From: Balamuthia mandrillaris
Taxonomy: Eukaryota
Reading direction: 5' to 3'
NCBI GenBank assembly: GCA_031835245.2
Contig: JAVKOQ020000011.1
Coordinates: 1 to 64,000 of the forward strand
Length of the DNA: 64,000 nucleotides
In this document: one piece after another, positions 33,855 to 46,759 of the stretch
How the letters are laid out: every line of letters begins with the position of its first letter
Numbering within the stretch: the first letter of the stretch is position 1
The notes under the pieces: generated by a model
What the model was told of the DNA's origin: nothing
Databases searched by the model: none
Seen by the model: only the letters and a program-made list of their open reading frames with translations
Program-made: the position numbers and the translations under genes

Positions 33855-36800
33855 ATGAGCACGAACTCTTCCGCTTCTCCCTCTTCTGCCTCTTCTTCTT
33901 CGTCGAGTACCACGAGCGCTAGCTCCGCTCTCTCGTCCTCGCCAACCTCTTTTTCTTTTGGGTCCGCTCCTGGTGCTCCTTCTGCGCTCTCGGCGAGTGG
34001 AACTACCGCCACCTCTTTTACTTTTACGTTTGGCCCAACCCCAACCCCTACCCTAGTGGCCACTTCACCTGATCCCTCTTCTGGTTCCGCCTCCACCACT
34101 TCTCCCTCTTCTTCTTCGTCAAGTACGACGAGCGCTAGCTCCTCTCTTTTCTCCTTTGGCTCAACGACAACTACTACTACTCCCGCAGCCACCTCTTTCA
34201 GTTTTGGACAGTCAACCAGCGCCGCCTCCACTACTCCACAAAGTGGTCCGTTATTCTCCTTTGGCCCCACCGCTCCTTCTTCTTCTTCTCCTTCGACAAC
34301 GAGCAGCAGCCTGTCGTTTACTTTTGGGTCAACGGGCGGCGCCGCTGCTACTACTCCTTCTGCCTCTTCTGCCTTCAGCGGCGGCCCCACTTCCTTCGCT
34401 TTTGGCTCCACAACAACTCCCTCTGTTTGGTCAAGCTCCTCCTCTTCCGCTTCGTCTTCTCTCTTTGGTTCTTCTGCTCCTTCGCCCTTCACCGTCACTC
34501 CCTCCTCAAATGATGAATGGAGTTGTTCGGCGTGCACCTATCTCAATCCCAACAGCAGCAGGTTTTGTGCTATGTGCAGCACAGCAAAGCCTACGTTCCT
34601 CATCTCCAACCCTTCCGCGGCGACAGCGTCACGTCGTGCCTCCGTTGCTTACGTAAGACCGCCGTTCGTGCCGCCGAGGTGCAGTGTGGGACCGCCGCCC
34701 TTCCTCAACATGCAAAACATAACCGCCATGGACGAGTATCAGAGCCTAAGTGCTGAAGAGCTTCGTATGGCTGACTATGCACGATTGGGTGTATGTTACT
34801 TTTGCTCTGCTCTCTGCTCTCTTCTCTGTTTCTCTCTCTGCTCTCTCCTCATCAGCAACAATGCCAACAATGTCTTTTTCTTTTTTTCCTTTTGTTTTAA
34901 TCTGGTTTTTACGAACAGTTGGCAGACTACGCAACAGGACCTCAGGTGGGCGATCTGCGAGGTAGGTATACGCTTTTTTTTTTTTGGTGCTATGTGTTTC
35001 CTCAGTTCACACCGACATTTTATGATGACTACAAGCATTACTCATTTTTTTCCTTTACCATTTTTGCAGGTTTGTCATCCGCTATTGCTGGCAATGCGGT
35101 GGAGACGGACAGCGTCAGCCAGGTTCGTTTTCTGTGTTTTACTTAACAGGGTTCTTAACCCCTGTAATGGCCACCGCAACGTTTGACGCTGTGTTAAATG
35201 TATTGCCTCTGCTAACACATATTACTTTTCAATGCAGAGCCTGGCGAAAGTATTTGAAGAGCAGGACACACGCTTCTCTGATGTTACCATCAATGTGGAT
35301 GGAAGAACAATTCATGCTCATAGAGCCATTCTGGCTTCTCGCTCTTCAGCCTTCAGAGAAATGTTTGCAACCAAGGCGAACGACAGGCAACAAAGAAAGG
35401 GAAAGGAGAAAAACGAAGAAGAAGAAGAGGAGGAGGAAGACCGCAATGAAGCAGCGAAGACTTGTATAACTATTAAGGATCATACTTATGATGTGCTAAT
35501 GATCCTTCTCCGTTTTTGCTATAGCGGAAAGTTGACAGCGCTGCTGGAACGGCTTCCACAGCAAGTCTCTGAAGGTGCGTCTGTGGAGAGCGCTTCAACG
35601 CCATCCGACGATACAGAGCAAACAAAGGAGGAAAACGGTAAGAACCTTCCCTTGCTCTGTAGTCTTTATTGTTGAAATTCTGCTCATCGTATTTCATATT
35701 ACACTCAAAAGCAGCGGAAGTGAGCCAAGACTTGGAAAAAGAAGATGAGGTCTTGCAGCTTCTCAAAGCTGTTGGCAAGGCGGCCAACGACTTTAAATTA
35801 ACCCACTTGAAGTCATCTTGCGAAGAGTTATTGGCAAAGCGCTACGTCAACAACTTGAGTGTTGTCCCTTTGCTTTGTTTCACACAAGAGATTGATGCGC
35901 CACTGCTGAAGGTTTGTACTTTAGTACCCTAAACCTATCTTTTTTGATAACGATTTTTAATGGTGTAGAGGACGTGCTTGGACCACATAATTAACTTTGA
36001 CAAAGCTGGCTTATCCTCACCCGACTCTTCTTCCACTTCCTCCTCTCCCCCTTCCTTATCATCATCACTGGACAAGCCGCTAAAGCTTCAACTGCTGGCC
36101 AGGTTGTCTACTCGTCTTCAAGAGAAAACATATGTAAGTGTGAGAGGCATGAATCTTGGTAATCCATTTGCAACTGCCGTTGATAGCGAGTCTTCTTCAG
36201 CAAACGGCAACACCCCTTCAACTGCTGCCTCTCAATCAACAACTACTCTGCTTTCAGGAGGTGGGTTTGGTGCATTTGGAGGAGGTACGACCACACTTGG
36301 AGGAACCGGAGGAGGTGGCTTTGGAGGCTTTGGAACTGGTGGAGGTTTTGGAACAGCGGCAGCAGGGGGTGGCTTTGGAAATCGAGGTGCTTATGGTAGT
36401 GGCTTTGGCGGATTTGGCAACGCGGGAGGGTTTGGTGGCGGCTTTGGCAACGGTGCTATGGCGACAGGTGGCAGAGGCTTCGGTACTGGAGGCACTGGTG
36501 CTTGGCGTGGTTTCGGCGGCTTTGGCAACGCTGGAGGGTTTAGCGGCGGCTTCGGCAACGGTGCTTTGGCGACAGGTGGCGGAGGCTTCGGCACTGGCGG
36601 CTTTGGCGGCGGTGGCTTCGGGGCTGGAAGCGGTTTTGGCGGGAATACTGGCTTTGGAACGAGAGGGAGATATAACTTCAATTCTTTTGGAAGAGCGTTA
36701 GGACCGAGAGGAGCTTTTGGAAATGCCGCCACTGCGACCACTCTTGGGGGCTTCGGAAACAGCGGCAATACCTTTGGAGGAACTGGCTTTGGGACGACAA

Positions 36801-38186
36801 GCACCACGTTTGGGACCAGTGGAACAGGTTTTGGAACGGGAGCTTTTGGAAATGCCGCCACTGCAACCACTCTTGGGGGCTTCGGAAACAGCGGTAATAC
36901 CCTTGGAGGAACCTCTACCGGAGGGGCTGGCTTTGGTGCAGGTGGCTTTGGACGTGGCGGTACGTTTGGTGGGGGAGGAGGATTTGGGAGTAGTACTTTA
37001 GGAACGGGAGGGTTCGGCACCGGTGGAGGCGTTGGAAGCACAAGCAGCACACTTGGTAGTGGTACTGCCTTTGGAACAGGAGGAAGCTTTGGAAGCCTAA
37101 GCAGCACGTTTGGTGGAGGAAGCACAAGCAGCACACTTGGTAGTGGTACTGCCTTTGGAACAGGAGGAGGTTTTGGGAGCACAAGCAGCACACTTGGTAG
37201 TGGTGCTACCTTAGGAACAGGAGGAAGCTTTGGAAGTAGTGGTAATGCCTTTGGAGGGACCTCTATCGGAGGAACTGGCTTTGGTGCAGGTGGCTTTGGA
37301 CGTGGCGGTGCGTTTGGTGGGGGAGGAGGATTTGGGAGTAGCACTTTAGGAGTGGGTGGCGGTTTTGGTAGTGGTACTGCCTTTGGAACAGGAGGAGGTT
37401 TTGGGAGCACAAGCAGCACACTTGGTAGTGGTACTGCCTTTGGAACAGGAGGAGGCTTTGGAAGTACCCTATCTGGAGGAGCGACGAGCACCAGCGGTTT
37501 TGGAAGTACAACACAATCAACAATTTCTACACCATCAACTTCGGGTGGCCTCTTTGGATATGCCACCAGCGGAAGCGCGAATAGCACAAGCGGGGGTTCG
37601 CTGTTTGGTGGCATTTCATCAGCATCTACACCACCTCCGGGGACCAGCGGGTTTGGTAGTACCAGCAGCGGCAGCGGGAATAGCGCAAGTGGAGGTTCGC
37701 TGTTTGGCACCACAGTTTCGTCAACTTCATCAGCGTCATCCACGTCATCAAGCGGCCTGTTTGGAAGTAGTACCTCCAGTGGAAATGGCGGTAATCCAAG
37801 TGGAAATTCGCTTTTTGGAGGTACTCCAACATCTTCGGGTGGCCTCTTTGGAACTGCCACAGGTGGAAGTAGCACAACTTCGCTGTTTGGTACCACTTCC
37901 ACACCCTCGACAACATCTTCTTCAGTTTTTGGAAGCGCCGCTACTCCTTCGTTTGGTGCACCAAGCAACAGCAGCACTGGCAGCAACACCGGCAGCGGAA
38001 GCGGGAATGGCACAAGTGGAGGTTCGCTGTTTGGCACTGTTTCATCAACATCATCAACATCATCAAGCGGCCTGTTTGGAAGTAGTACCCCCAGTGGAAA
38101 ATGGCAGTAATCCAAGTGGAACACCTTCCAAACCGACAATGTCATACACTTTCGGTCTTTGGTGGCGGAGGTTCGGGGTCGACTGA
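33855..38186 (+). CDS. Nucleoporin-like protein: FxFG repeats + RanBP2 zinc finger + GLEBS + BTB/POZ + GFG/GLFG/SLFG repeats
   Basis: FSFG/FTFG repeats; WSCSACTYLNPNSSRFCAMCSTAKP; QNITAMDEYQSLSAEELRMADY; FSDVTINVDGRTIHAHRAILASRSSAFREMF; ~650-aa Gly/Phe-rich tail. Single-gene linkage is inferred from GT-AG introns. Confidence 0.75.
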
Positions 38187-38335
38187 TGGTGGCAGCAACA
38201 GGAGTGATAGCTAAAGTGAAAACTTTCCCTTCCTCCAAACTAAAACAAAAGGGACTTGTTGTTTATGCTGTATATTCTATGAATTCTATTCTTGTACACT
38301 CTCTCCCTTGTTGGTACCAATAAACTTTTTCGTCT

Positions 38336-39722
38336 TCAACCAGAAGTGTGGGGCAAGCCCCAACCCAATAGCTCGCAGAACCGCTTCACCAAGGTTTGAC
38401 AATCACCCAGGCATATGACGTCCCTTTTGGTGCTGTGGTTGGGCCTTCTCTCACCAAACACCAAATCATCAACGCTGCGCACTCCGCTTTCTGCTGATGA
38501 GGATGGCTCCATGTGCACCTGAAAGAAAGATGAGCACAGTTGAACGAGAAATAGTCTAACGGTTAGTGAGAGGCGGAGGAGCAAAGATGGATACCCGTGT
38601 TTGGTTGAGCAGGAGGCGAGGGGTGCTCTCTGATACCATTCCCACCAGCTGTGAAAAGGGTTGTACTTGCAGAGAAGTGCCTATGATGATAAGCAAGTCA
38701 CACCGCGACAGGTCTGCCTTGCTCTGAGTGAACACATGCGCAGGCAATGGCTCCCCGAAGAATCTGCTAGCAACGCAGGCAGATGGATAAGCAGACAATA
38801 CCACAAGGAAACACAAACATCGTGGAGAGGTGAACATACACAACATCTGGCTTTACAAATCCACCGCAAGCCTCACAGGTGGGTATCATCAACTCTTGGC
38901 AAGCTGTTGTGCCTTTATCTGCTGCAGCAGCAGCAGCAGAAGAAGAACAAGAACTGGGTTGCAGGTTCACCTGCCACCGCCGTTGTTGCTGTTGAATGAG
39001 CTGCAGCACTCGTTCGGGCTGAGGATAGGGCTTTCGACAAGCGACACAGCTGGCCGTTCGGAAGGAGCCATGGGCCTGCACCACTGCATAGCGAGGAAGA
39101 CCAGCCGCCTCTTCCAGCCCATCTATGTTTTGAGTGTAGACCCGCAGCAGCACTCCCTTATCGTGCAGCAGCCGCAGAAAGCGGTGTACCGTGGTTGGTT
39201 CGTAGCCATAGCTGTTCCCTCTCTCATCGGAAGAAGAGGGAAAGAAGAGCTCTCCCACCAATCTGTAGAACGGTTCTGGATCTTCTTTGAAGCAGCTCAG
39301 CGTGAACAAGTCCCTTGGGTCGGAGAGATTATGCTTTTTCCGAAGTGTAGCGTACGCCCCTGTTCGCAAACAGGAGAGGAAGTTGAGGGGGAAGAAAGAG
39401 GGATGTATGTTACATTTGTTGAAGCGCTAAGTTCCACGAAATGTACATACCACTGTTGGGGCTACGGAAATCAGGTATACCTGCTCAACAACATGGTTAC
39501 AAGAACGTCGAGGGAGAAATGTGTGCGTAGGTGTGATTGTGAGAACGTGCCTGCTGCCACGCTGATGCCAGCGCCTACCATCACAACCACATTTTTGCAC
39601 TTGCCCTCTCGCAGACAGCTGGCCACTTTCTCGAGGCTCAAGTCGCCTTCCAACACAACATCGTGGCAGCGGCTGCACTCTTCTTCCTCTTCCTCCGCCA
39701 AGCTGAACTGGTAGTTCCCCAT
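38336..39722 (-). CDS. NAD-dependent deacetylase, class I sirtuin (SIRT2-like)
   Basis: VGAGISVAAG, YTQNIDGLE, QAHGSF, CVAC..CEAC, KPDVV/FFGE, GTSLQVQPF, PRLLLN, GDCQ. Confidence 0.92.
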
Positions 39723-40078
39723 TGCTCCTCCGCGTTGCAGGGAGCAAAGCCGTGGTGAAATGACGTCACCTCAATAAAAGTTCTCAGTGGGGCTGTTTTA
39801 CTAATTGATTTGTCTAAGAGATCTTATAAACAATGTAGTCCTGGATAATGGATGGAAAACAGGGGTTTCCAAAGCTGGTCCTTGGATACAAGGACAACCA
39901 CTACTACAAGCTTTTTAATGAGTCATGAAGTTTTAAACTTACTTTCTATAAGATAGTCTTAATGAATTTTTCCTCATTTTATAAGCCTTACAAGGAAGGT
40001 CAACACCAAGGTAGAAGAAACCATTAATACTAACTAAAAATGAAAGAAAGCAGGGCAACAAAATAAAAGGCAATCAGT

Positions 40079-42068
40079 CTATGTCACAAATATTAATAAA
40101 AAGAAAAGGAGAAGAAAGGGGGGCAATAACCAACGCATTTGCAATTGAGCAGTAGGGAGTAAGTAAGGCAAAGCAGCTCTTGTGTTCCCCAAAATATCAT
40201 TGTCAATACTTCGGTGAGGAACAAGAGGAGGAATGGAGGTGAAGTGATCAGGAAAGCCTTCCATCAAATCCAAAGGCTCACTGAGTAGTGAATCCAAGTT
40301 GAGTTGATAGCGAATGAGGAAAGAGGATGGCTGTTGTGGATCTTTGTTAAACATAAAAAATAAAGGTTGAGAATGGCCCACAATATTTCACATAAAAGGT
40401 TGAAGCCAAGATTTGAAATCCCAAATTAATTCCGTTGGTTGAAGATCTGGCCGGAACTCTGTGGTTACATAATAGGCGTTATGCACAAAGGTGGAAAAAT
40501 CTTGTAAGCTTTCGATATTGTGTTTTAGAAGTGCTCTATGCATTGTTGAAAACATCTGGTCAATGTCTTCATGCATGTGGCCAGAAGGAAGGTAAGAAAG
40601 CTTAATATGCTTAAACAGATCCATATGTAATAGCCATCCACAAAAAGCAAAAAGGAATCTGTTTTTGTTTTCTCAATAGCAATTATCTGCTTGAAGATAA
40701 AGGGTAGAAGGACGGTACGGAAGTTGAGGAAGTAAGGTGGTAAGATAATGAAAAAGATGGGATATAATCACGTTGGCATCATCAGAAAATGTGTTGAAGT
40801 GGTGCTGTAAATATCATTTGCATGTTGAATGGTTGATGATTCCAAAACACTTCAGTCCAAGTTGCTTTCGGTTGTTCCAAGCCTTGGGGAGTATATGAAG
40901 ATGAGGAAGTGGGATGGCCTCTGTGTAATCAAGAATTAGGGACATAATTGATGCTGGGGAGGCTTTGGCTTCTGCACGATGAGTGTAGTAGTCTTCTTTG
41001 TGACATCAAACAAATTGTAAATGTTGAGTCTGTTGCTAGGATTGCTGCCTTCAATCTGTATCCATTTTGCATGCTTTGAATAGGAGACCAGTTTACAACA
41101 GGTATCACACTTGCCAAGGCAGGTAATCTATTTGGTGATGAATGGCCAACGAAGGATTTAACTTATATTCACAATAGAAGAGAAAAAGAGATGATACCTA
41201 CCTTAGGAAAATGAACATTAACAAAATGGGTCTTAAGAAGTAGACAAAAACCAAAGTATGATATCAAATGTCCTGTTTCTAACACTGCAGTCATATGTTT
41301 ATAAATGGCCTCTCAAGTAAGAAAAACAGGCATGTAGATAGTGTTATCATTGGGCATGTGCTCTTCAATAGAATTAAAAAAGCTAGTAAGCCATGCTTTT
41401 GACAGGAGATGTGCTCTGCTATTTCGATGTTGTCCTGTATTACTGTGAATAACTACTTGATAACCACCTCTCCAAAGTAAAATACATTATTGAAGCTTGT
41501 TTTTGCTAATCCCATGCAATATTCGAAAAGCCATACAGCAGAGCAAATGACCATCTGCCACAAATTTGGGAAGGGTTACTGATGAGGAACAAGTGCCTGA
41601 GCTTGTAAATAAACAGGCCAAAATATGTTGACTTCTTGCTGTTTCTGTTGGCAGATTCCAAAAGTATTGACGAAATCCTTGAAAAGTACTCCATGGTAAT
41701 ATCCCCAAGCACTCTCGTTTACAACAATAACATCCCCAGGCACTCTTCATTCGAGTTGTAGAAGTTATATAATTCGCCTTCACCATAAGAATGTTGGAGT
41801 GGATGGATGTGCTCACGTGTGCACAATTTGAAGTTGATGGGCTGTTGGGAGTGAAAGATGCCTGAGGAGGAGTAGAAGAAGTGCAGGAAGTGCACATGCA
41901 TGTGCAATTTGAAGTTGATGAACTAATGGGGGCAAAAGAAGAAGACGCCTGAGGGGAAGTAGAAGGAGTTCTGGAAGTGCACATATGTGCATAATTCGAA
42001 GTTGATGGACTAGTGGGGTAAAAAAAGAAAGAGTTTAAGATGTTCTTGAAGTGCATGCATGTGCGCAT
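40079..42068 (-). pseudogene. Sola-like / DUF7869-type DDE transposase pseudogene
   Basis: LYLQADNCY*ENKNRFLFAF, LSYLPSGHMHEDIDQMFS, IWDFKSWLQP, N-terminal CCKRECL and LCCMAFRILHGISKNKL. In-frame TGA at 40816-14, 40675-73 and 40390-88. Confidence 0.78.
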
Positions 42069-42930
42069 TGTACAGAAGATGAATTAGTGTGATACATGAA
42101 GGAGATTGAAAAATAATAAAGAAAATATGGTTCAAAAAACGACAAAAGTAGTGAAAAATAGTGAAAAAGCATGTGAATGGTATCTAACAAAATAGAAAAA
42201 CTAAACTGAACTGAAATAGTTCTAAACAGTATTTATTGTTGGTTCAGGACAAGCTATTTCAGTGTACAATATCTGATCAGTTTATGTACAACTCAGATAC
42301 CAACAATTCATGTCATTATGACTTCCTGTCGACACTCTCCCTGGATACCTCCAAATTTTCTCACCCTTTTTATTTTCCCCTTTTTCTTGCGACACATTCA
42401 AAGCACACACTTTGATCCACACCTTTTTTATGTGAATAAACCCAGAGTCGCTTATGTGCCATCCCTTTCTTGATCCGCAGGGTTATTCCCCATCAAAGGA
42501 ATTTCTTTTTCATTGCTTTAAAAGTACATCAAGGAAAAGGAAAAAGGGAAAAGGAAAACAAGAAAAACTTGAGAGTTGGCATTCTATGAGGAGTCTTGAG
42601 GTAAGTGTTGATGATTTTACTAACATATTATCTCAATAAATATAAGAACTAAGACAACAACATACTTACAAACACACTAATTCTCTACCTTTTCATGAAA
42701 TAAATAAATGTTTGGCTTCCATCTTTCTCTTTGTTTCTTTCTTAGTTCAGAACTAATGTACACATCTCCACAAATGAGCAGAGAGGATGAGTGGGTAGGA
42801 AGAACCACACCCACAAGTTGAGTCAAATGCTAACTACATCTGTCTAAACTTTATAGTATATTAAGAATAAACTTCTTAGAGTACCTAAGAAACCACCTTC
42901 TTCGAAAATTGTGACTAGAACTCCGAAGGA

Positions 42931-43308
42931 GTTCCTCCAATCCATTATCACAACACAACAACTTTGTACTCACCCTCAAACCACCAACCAGCAGAGAGAG
43001 GGCACAGGGCTCGAGCTCCGTTAGTGGAACCAACCTTCCGCAAGCAGAAGGCAAGAGACAGCAAAATCCGCTGTGGTGTAGTCGGTAACACTGTTGGCTT
43101 TCACCCAGCTACCCCGGGTTCCTCCAATCCATTATCACAACACAACAACTTTGTACTCACCCTCAAACCACCAACCAGCAGAGAGAGGGCACAGGGCTCG
43201 AGCTCCGTTAGTGGAACCAACCTTCCGCAAGCAGAAGGCAAGAGACAGCAAAATCCGCTGTGGTGTAGTCGGTAACACTGTTGGCTTTCACCCAGCTACC
43301 CCGGGTTC
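42931..43308 (+). repeat. 187-bp tandem duplication containing a 3'-truncated tRNA-Glu copy (43067-43121)
   Basis: Period 187; GTTC microhomology at 42931, 43118 and 43305. Confidence 0.92.
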
Positions 43309-43325
43309 GATTCCCGGCAGCGGAG
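43254..43325 (+). tRNA. tRNA-Glu(TTC)
   Basis: Acceptor TCCGCTG/CAGCGGA, D-arm TGGTGTAGTCGGTAACAC, anticodon arm GTTGG-CTTTCAC-CCAGC, T-arm CCGGG-TTCGATT-CCCGG, downstream T-run. Confidence 0.95.
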
Positions 43326-45354
43326 ATTTATTTTTACTTTTTTTTGTAAATAATCAAAGCAGGTCTTTCTAATAAGAGCAAACCAAGAACCACTCCAATC
43401 TTATCTTCCCTTTATGAGTATTGTGAGAGAGAGAGAGGGATTGGCATGACCCAAGGCCAGGTTGTGTTATTGGTACAAGAGGTGGGGTTGCTTAAGAAAG
43501 ATTGTGGCAAAGTGAATCTCTTTGATTCAATTTTCCCACTTTGGTTGGAACACACCCTGACCCCTTTATTCCCCCTGATGATGAGTGATGATGAACACCT
43601 TGAAGTCAATGGAGCCAATGCTGATGTTGATGCTAATGTCAACACTGACTTTGATGCTGATGATTACTAGGAAAGAATGGCAGTGCAAATAGAACAAATC
43701 AACACCCGGATAGTAAAGTCCAAGGATATGAACTCCCATTTCATTAGCTTTGCGAGTCAATGCCTCAAGTCACCACAATTTGGTGTTCCCCCTCTTTCTA
43801 CTAGTGCCTCATCATCATCTATGGAAGCTTCACTTCCTCTTGCTGCTGTTAGCAGTTCCTTGTCCTCTTCCATAGATTCCCTCCCTGTAGCTGGTTCTTC
43901 CTCATTCTCCCCCATGTTTACTACTGCCAAGACCTCCACAAGCGATTTGGCTGAACAGGAGCTTGTTGTCCTTATAATAAATACCAACAGTACCTTGTTA
44001 CCTTCTGCTCTGGCACCTACCCTGGTGGACTTCAAGGCTGTTTGAGGAAAGATTAAGTACCTTTGGTTTCCTACATTTGATGACCAAAATGTTGTCCTAT
44101 TTCTAGAGCAGCTAACCATGATAATCATACTCTCCAACTATGAAGATCATATGAAAAACTTCATGATAGCTGTCTATTAATTATTTTTGAAAAATAATTA
44201 ATAAATATCTTTCAATTAAATATAAAACATTTGAAATTAATTTGTTAATCATTTTTGTGTTCATACTTATTGAATATCAAATATTTATAATGTTAATAAA
44301 AAATAAAAAAAGAGTTATTTAATGACGTTCATTTTGTTTGAAAAAAGAGAAAAAAGAAACTTTTTACTAGTAAATTTAAAAAATGTTTGTGAAGTTGATT
44401 TAACAAAAGAAACAAAAAAGGGAACAAAAGAAAGTGTATTTTAAATGAAAATATGAAAACAATAAAGAATCTTTAGTATTGCTTTCAAGATAACAAAAAA
44501 ACACTTTACATATTTATAAAGTTGGTGACAGGTTAAGTAGTATCCCTTTTGATGACATTTGTGTATAAAACAATGGTCAAGGCTTTTTATGTATAACACT
44601 GAGCTGGGCCAAAATACCAGTTTTTATAACATTGCCTAGGATACAAATTGTAAAACCTTCAAAGATTATACTACCAGTGTAGTTCCTTCAAAAAAGCAGT
44701 TTTTCACTGGGATGTTGGCCAGAATCAGAAGTCCTGGTCTGCATTGTACTAGTTAATAGGGTCACTGCACTTTAAAAAAATGTAGGTCACTGCTTTTCTT
44801 CTGGTGGAACCACTTTGCTATCAACAAGGCCTTGACCAGCCTTCCCCTACCCTTCTCTTCCTGGTAGCAAAGCCCTTGGAGACTCTACAGCAGGCCCTTT
44901 GCTCCCTCAGGGCAGGTCCTTGTATTAGAGTGTGCTCATGCTCTCTTACCACCGCTGAGCTCCTCCTGGTCATGGACTGGGAAAACATAGTAAATGCTTG
45001 AGATATGGGAGAGAATGTGGCAAGAGCAAGAAAACAAGAGAGAAAGAGAAAAAAAAATGAGAAAGAGAAACAAAGAAGAAAGAGAAAAGAACACAAACTA
45101 TGAGAAGAATGAGGAGTGCTGGTACTACCATCAGTGTCATAACTATGAAGCTCACTGATGAATGCCATCATAAATTCTACCTGCTTCCATTGGTGTCCAG
45201 TTGGATTTTTGTTGACATAAGCAAAAGAAAAAAAGGAAGAAAGGAAAGCAAAGAAAGGAAAGAAGAAAACAGGAAACATGCTTCAGTTGTCTACTGCCTG
45301 CTACAAACTTCAAGTTGGTGAGGTAATCTTTTTCTGTAAGCTATATTGTACACT

Positions 45355-45670
45355 TTTGTTTTTCTTCAATCTGTGCACCCATATGCGCACCTATAAATCA
45401 TTTTCTCTCCACCATCTTTTTGTTTTTCTTCAATCTGTGCACCCATATGCGCTTCCTTAAATCATTTTCTCTCCACCATCTTTTTGTTTTTCTTCAATCT
45501 ACACACATACACACTTCCTATAAATCTTTTTTTCCTTATTGCTTCAGTCTATACACTTGTTATAAATCATTTTCTCTCCTTATCTTCACTTTGCACATGT
45601 GTGCACACTTCTAACAAATCATTTTCTCTTTCCCATCTGTAATCTGTACATGTGTGCACACTTCTAATAA
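45355..45670. repeat. Degenerate ~63-bp minisatellite
   Basis: TTTGTTTTTCTTCAATCTGTGCACCCATATGCGC..TAAATCATTTTCTCTCCACCATCT repeated, then decaying. Confidence 0.75.
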
Positions 45671-46242
45671 ATCATGGGATGAAAACCAGACTAGTCATTG
45701 GTTCTAACCTTTTTTTCAACTGCTCTATTGCCCTTTCCTCTTTTCTTTCACAGGTGTCACAACTACTCATTCATGGCACTTAGTGCCTGTGCTTACATTT
45801 TCCTTTCTTTCCTTTTCATCTTTTCCCTTTCTCTTGGTGTACTTTCAAGCAATGACAGAGATTCCTTCTTGTTTTCTTCATTCTTTCTAGAATAAGTTAC
45901 ACTTCACAAACACGTTAACTGCAAGTCAAGAATGAGAGAGTACTTAGAAAAGAAATGTGTTGATGGAAGAAAGAAGCATACATTTAATGCTGCTTCCTAC
46001 AATGCAACAAAAGATTCAGAAGTAACATAGAGAACTAAAGGAAAAGGTTAGCAACTTGGTACTCATTCACTCCAAGATGATGTCAATTAGTGAGTCTAAG
46101 AAACTTTGATGTAGTTGAAAAGGAGGACCATATAAGATATTTAAAATCTGTTTTCCACAAACAATCAACACACAGAAAAGCAGTCAGGCTGATAATCATG
46201 AAAGTATTTTGATTATTAATAGAGATCCCCTTTTTTTTATGC

Positions 46243-46522
46243 TTTCTTTCATTCTATTAAAGGTCTTTTGCTACATTCTTCAAGTTGGTGTCAGTAAGGT
46301 TGTTTCCTTATCAGCCCAGCCTTATTATAGTCATTTTAAATACATGCTTTTATTGTTTTTTTTTGAAATCATTTTTTGGTTTAATTGTTTATTTTAATTT
46401 GTTAAGTAGTTTCATTTATTTAATAAAATGTAAATAATTGGGATAAGGCTGGTAGAGGAACAACCTAACAGACACCAACTCGATGGGTATAGGGAAAAGA
46501 CCTTTAATAAAATGAAAGAAAA
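46243..46522. mobile_element. Degenerate MITE-like element with ~80-bp imperfect inverted repeats
   Basis: TTTCTTTCATT.TATTAAAGGTCTTTT...AGTTGGTGTC.GT.AGGTTGTT...CCAGCCTTAT (46243-46325) is reverse-complementary to 46443-46522. Confidence 0.6.
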
Positions 46523-46759
46523 AGAGATATATATAAAGAGAGATAGGAATAGGTATTATGGGAGAGTGATATAACATAATTAAAAATAAAGTTGTATTGT
46601 TTAAATTATGAGATTTTGTTTTAAAATAGTATTATTATTCTAAAAATTTTTTTGTTAATTGAATAGTTGTTTATTATAATAAAATCCATTGTTTTATTGT
46701 TTATGTAAATTATTTATTTATCTTTGAAAAAGAATTTAAGAATAGTGTATTTATTTTTA

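Noticed and set aside
36391..38238. 615-aa Pro/Lys-rich antisense ORF
   Set aside because: Shadow of the Gly/Phe-rich FG-repeat exon on the + strand.
43412..45320. Short ORFs in the AT-rich island
   Set aside because: No recognisable domain or consistent gene structure; probably decayed TE sequence, but unsupported.
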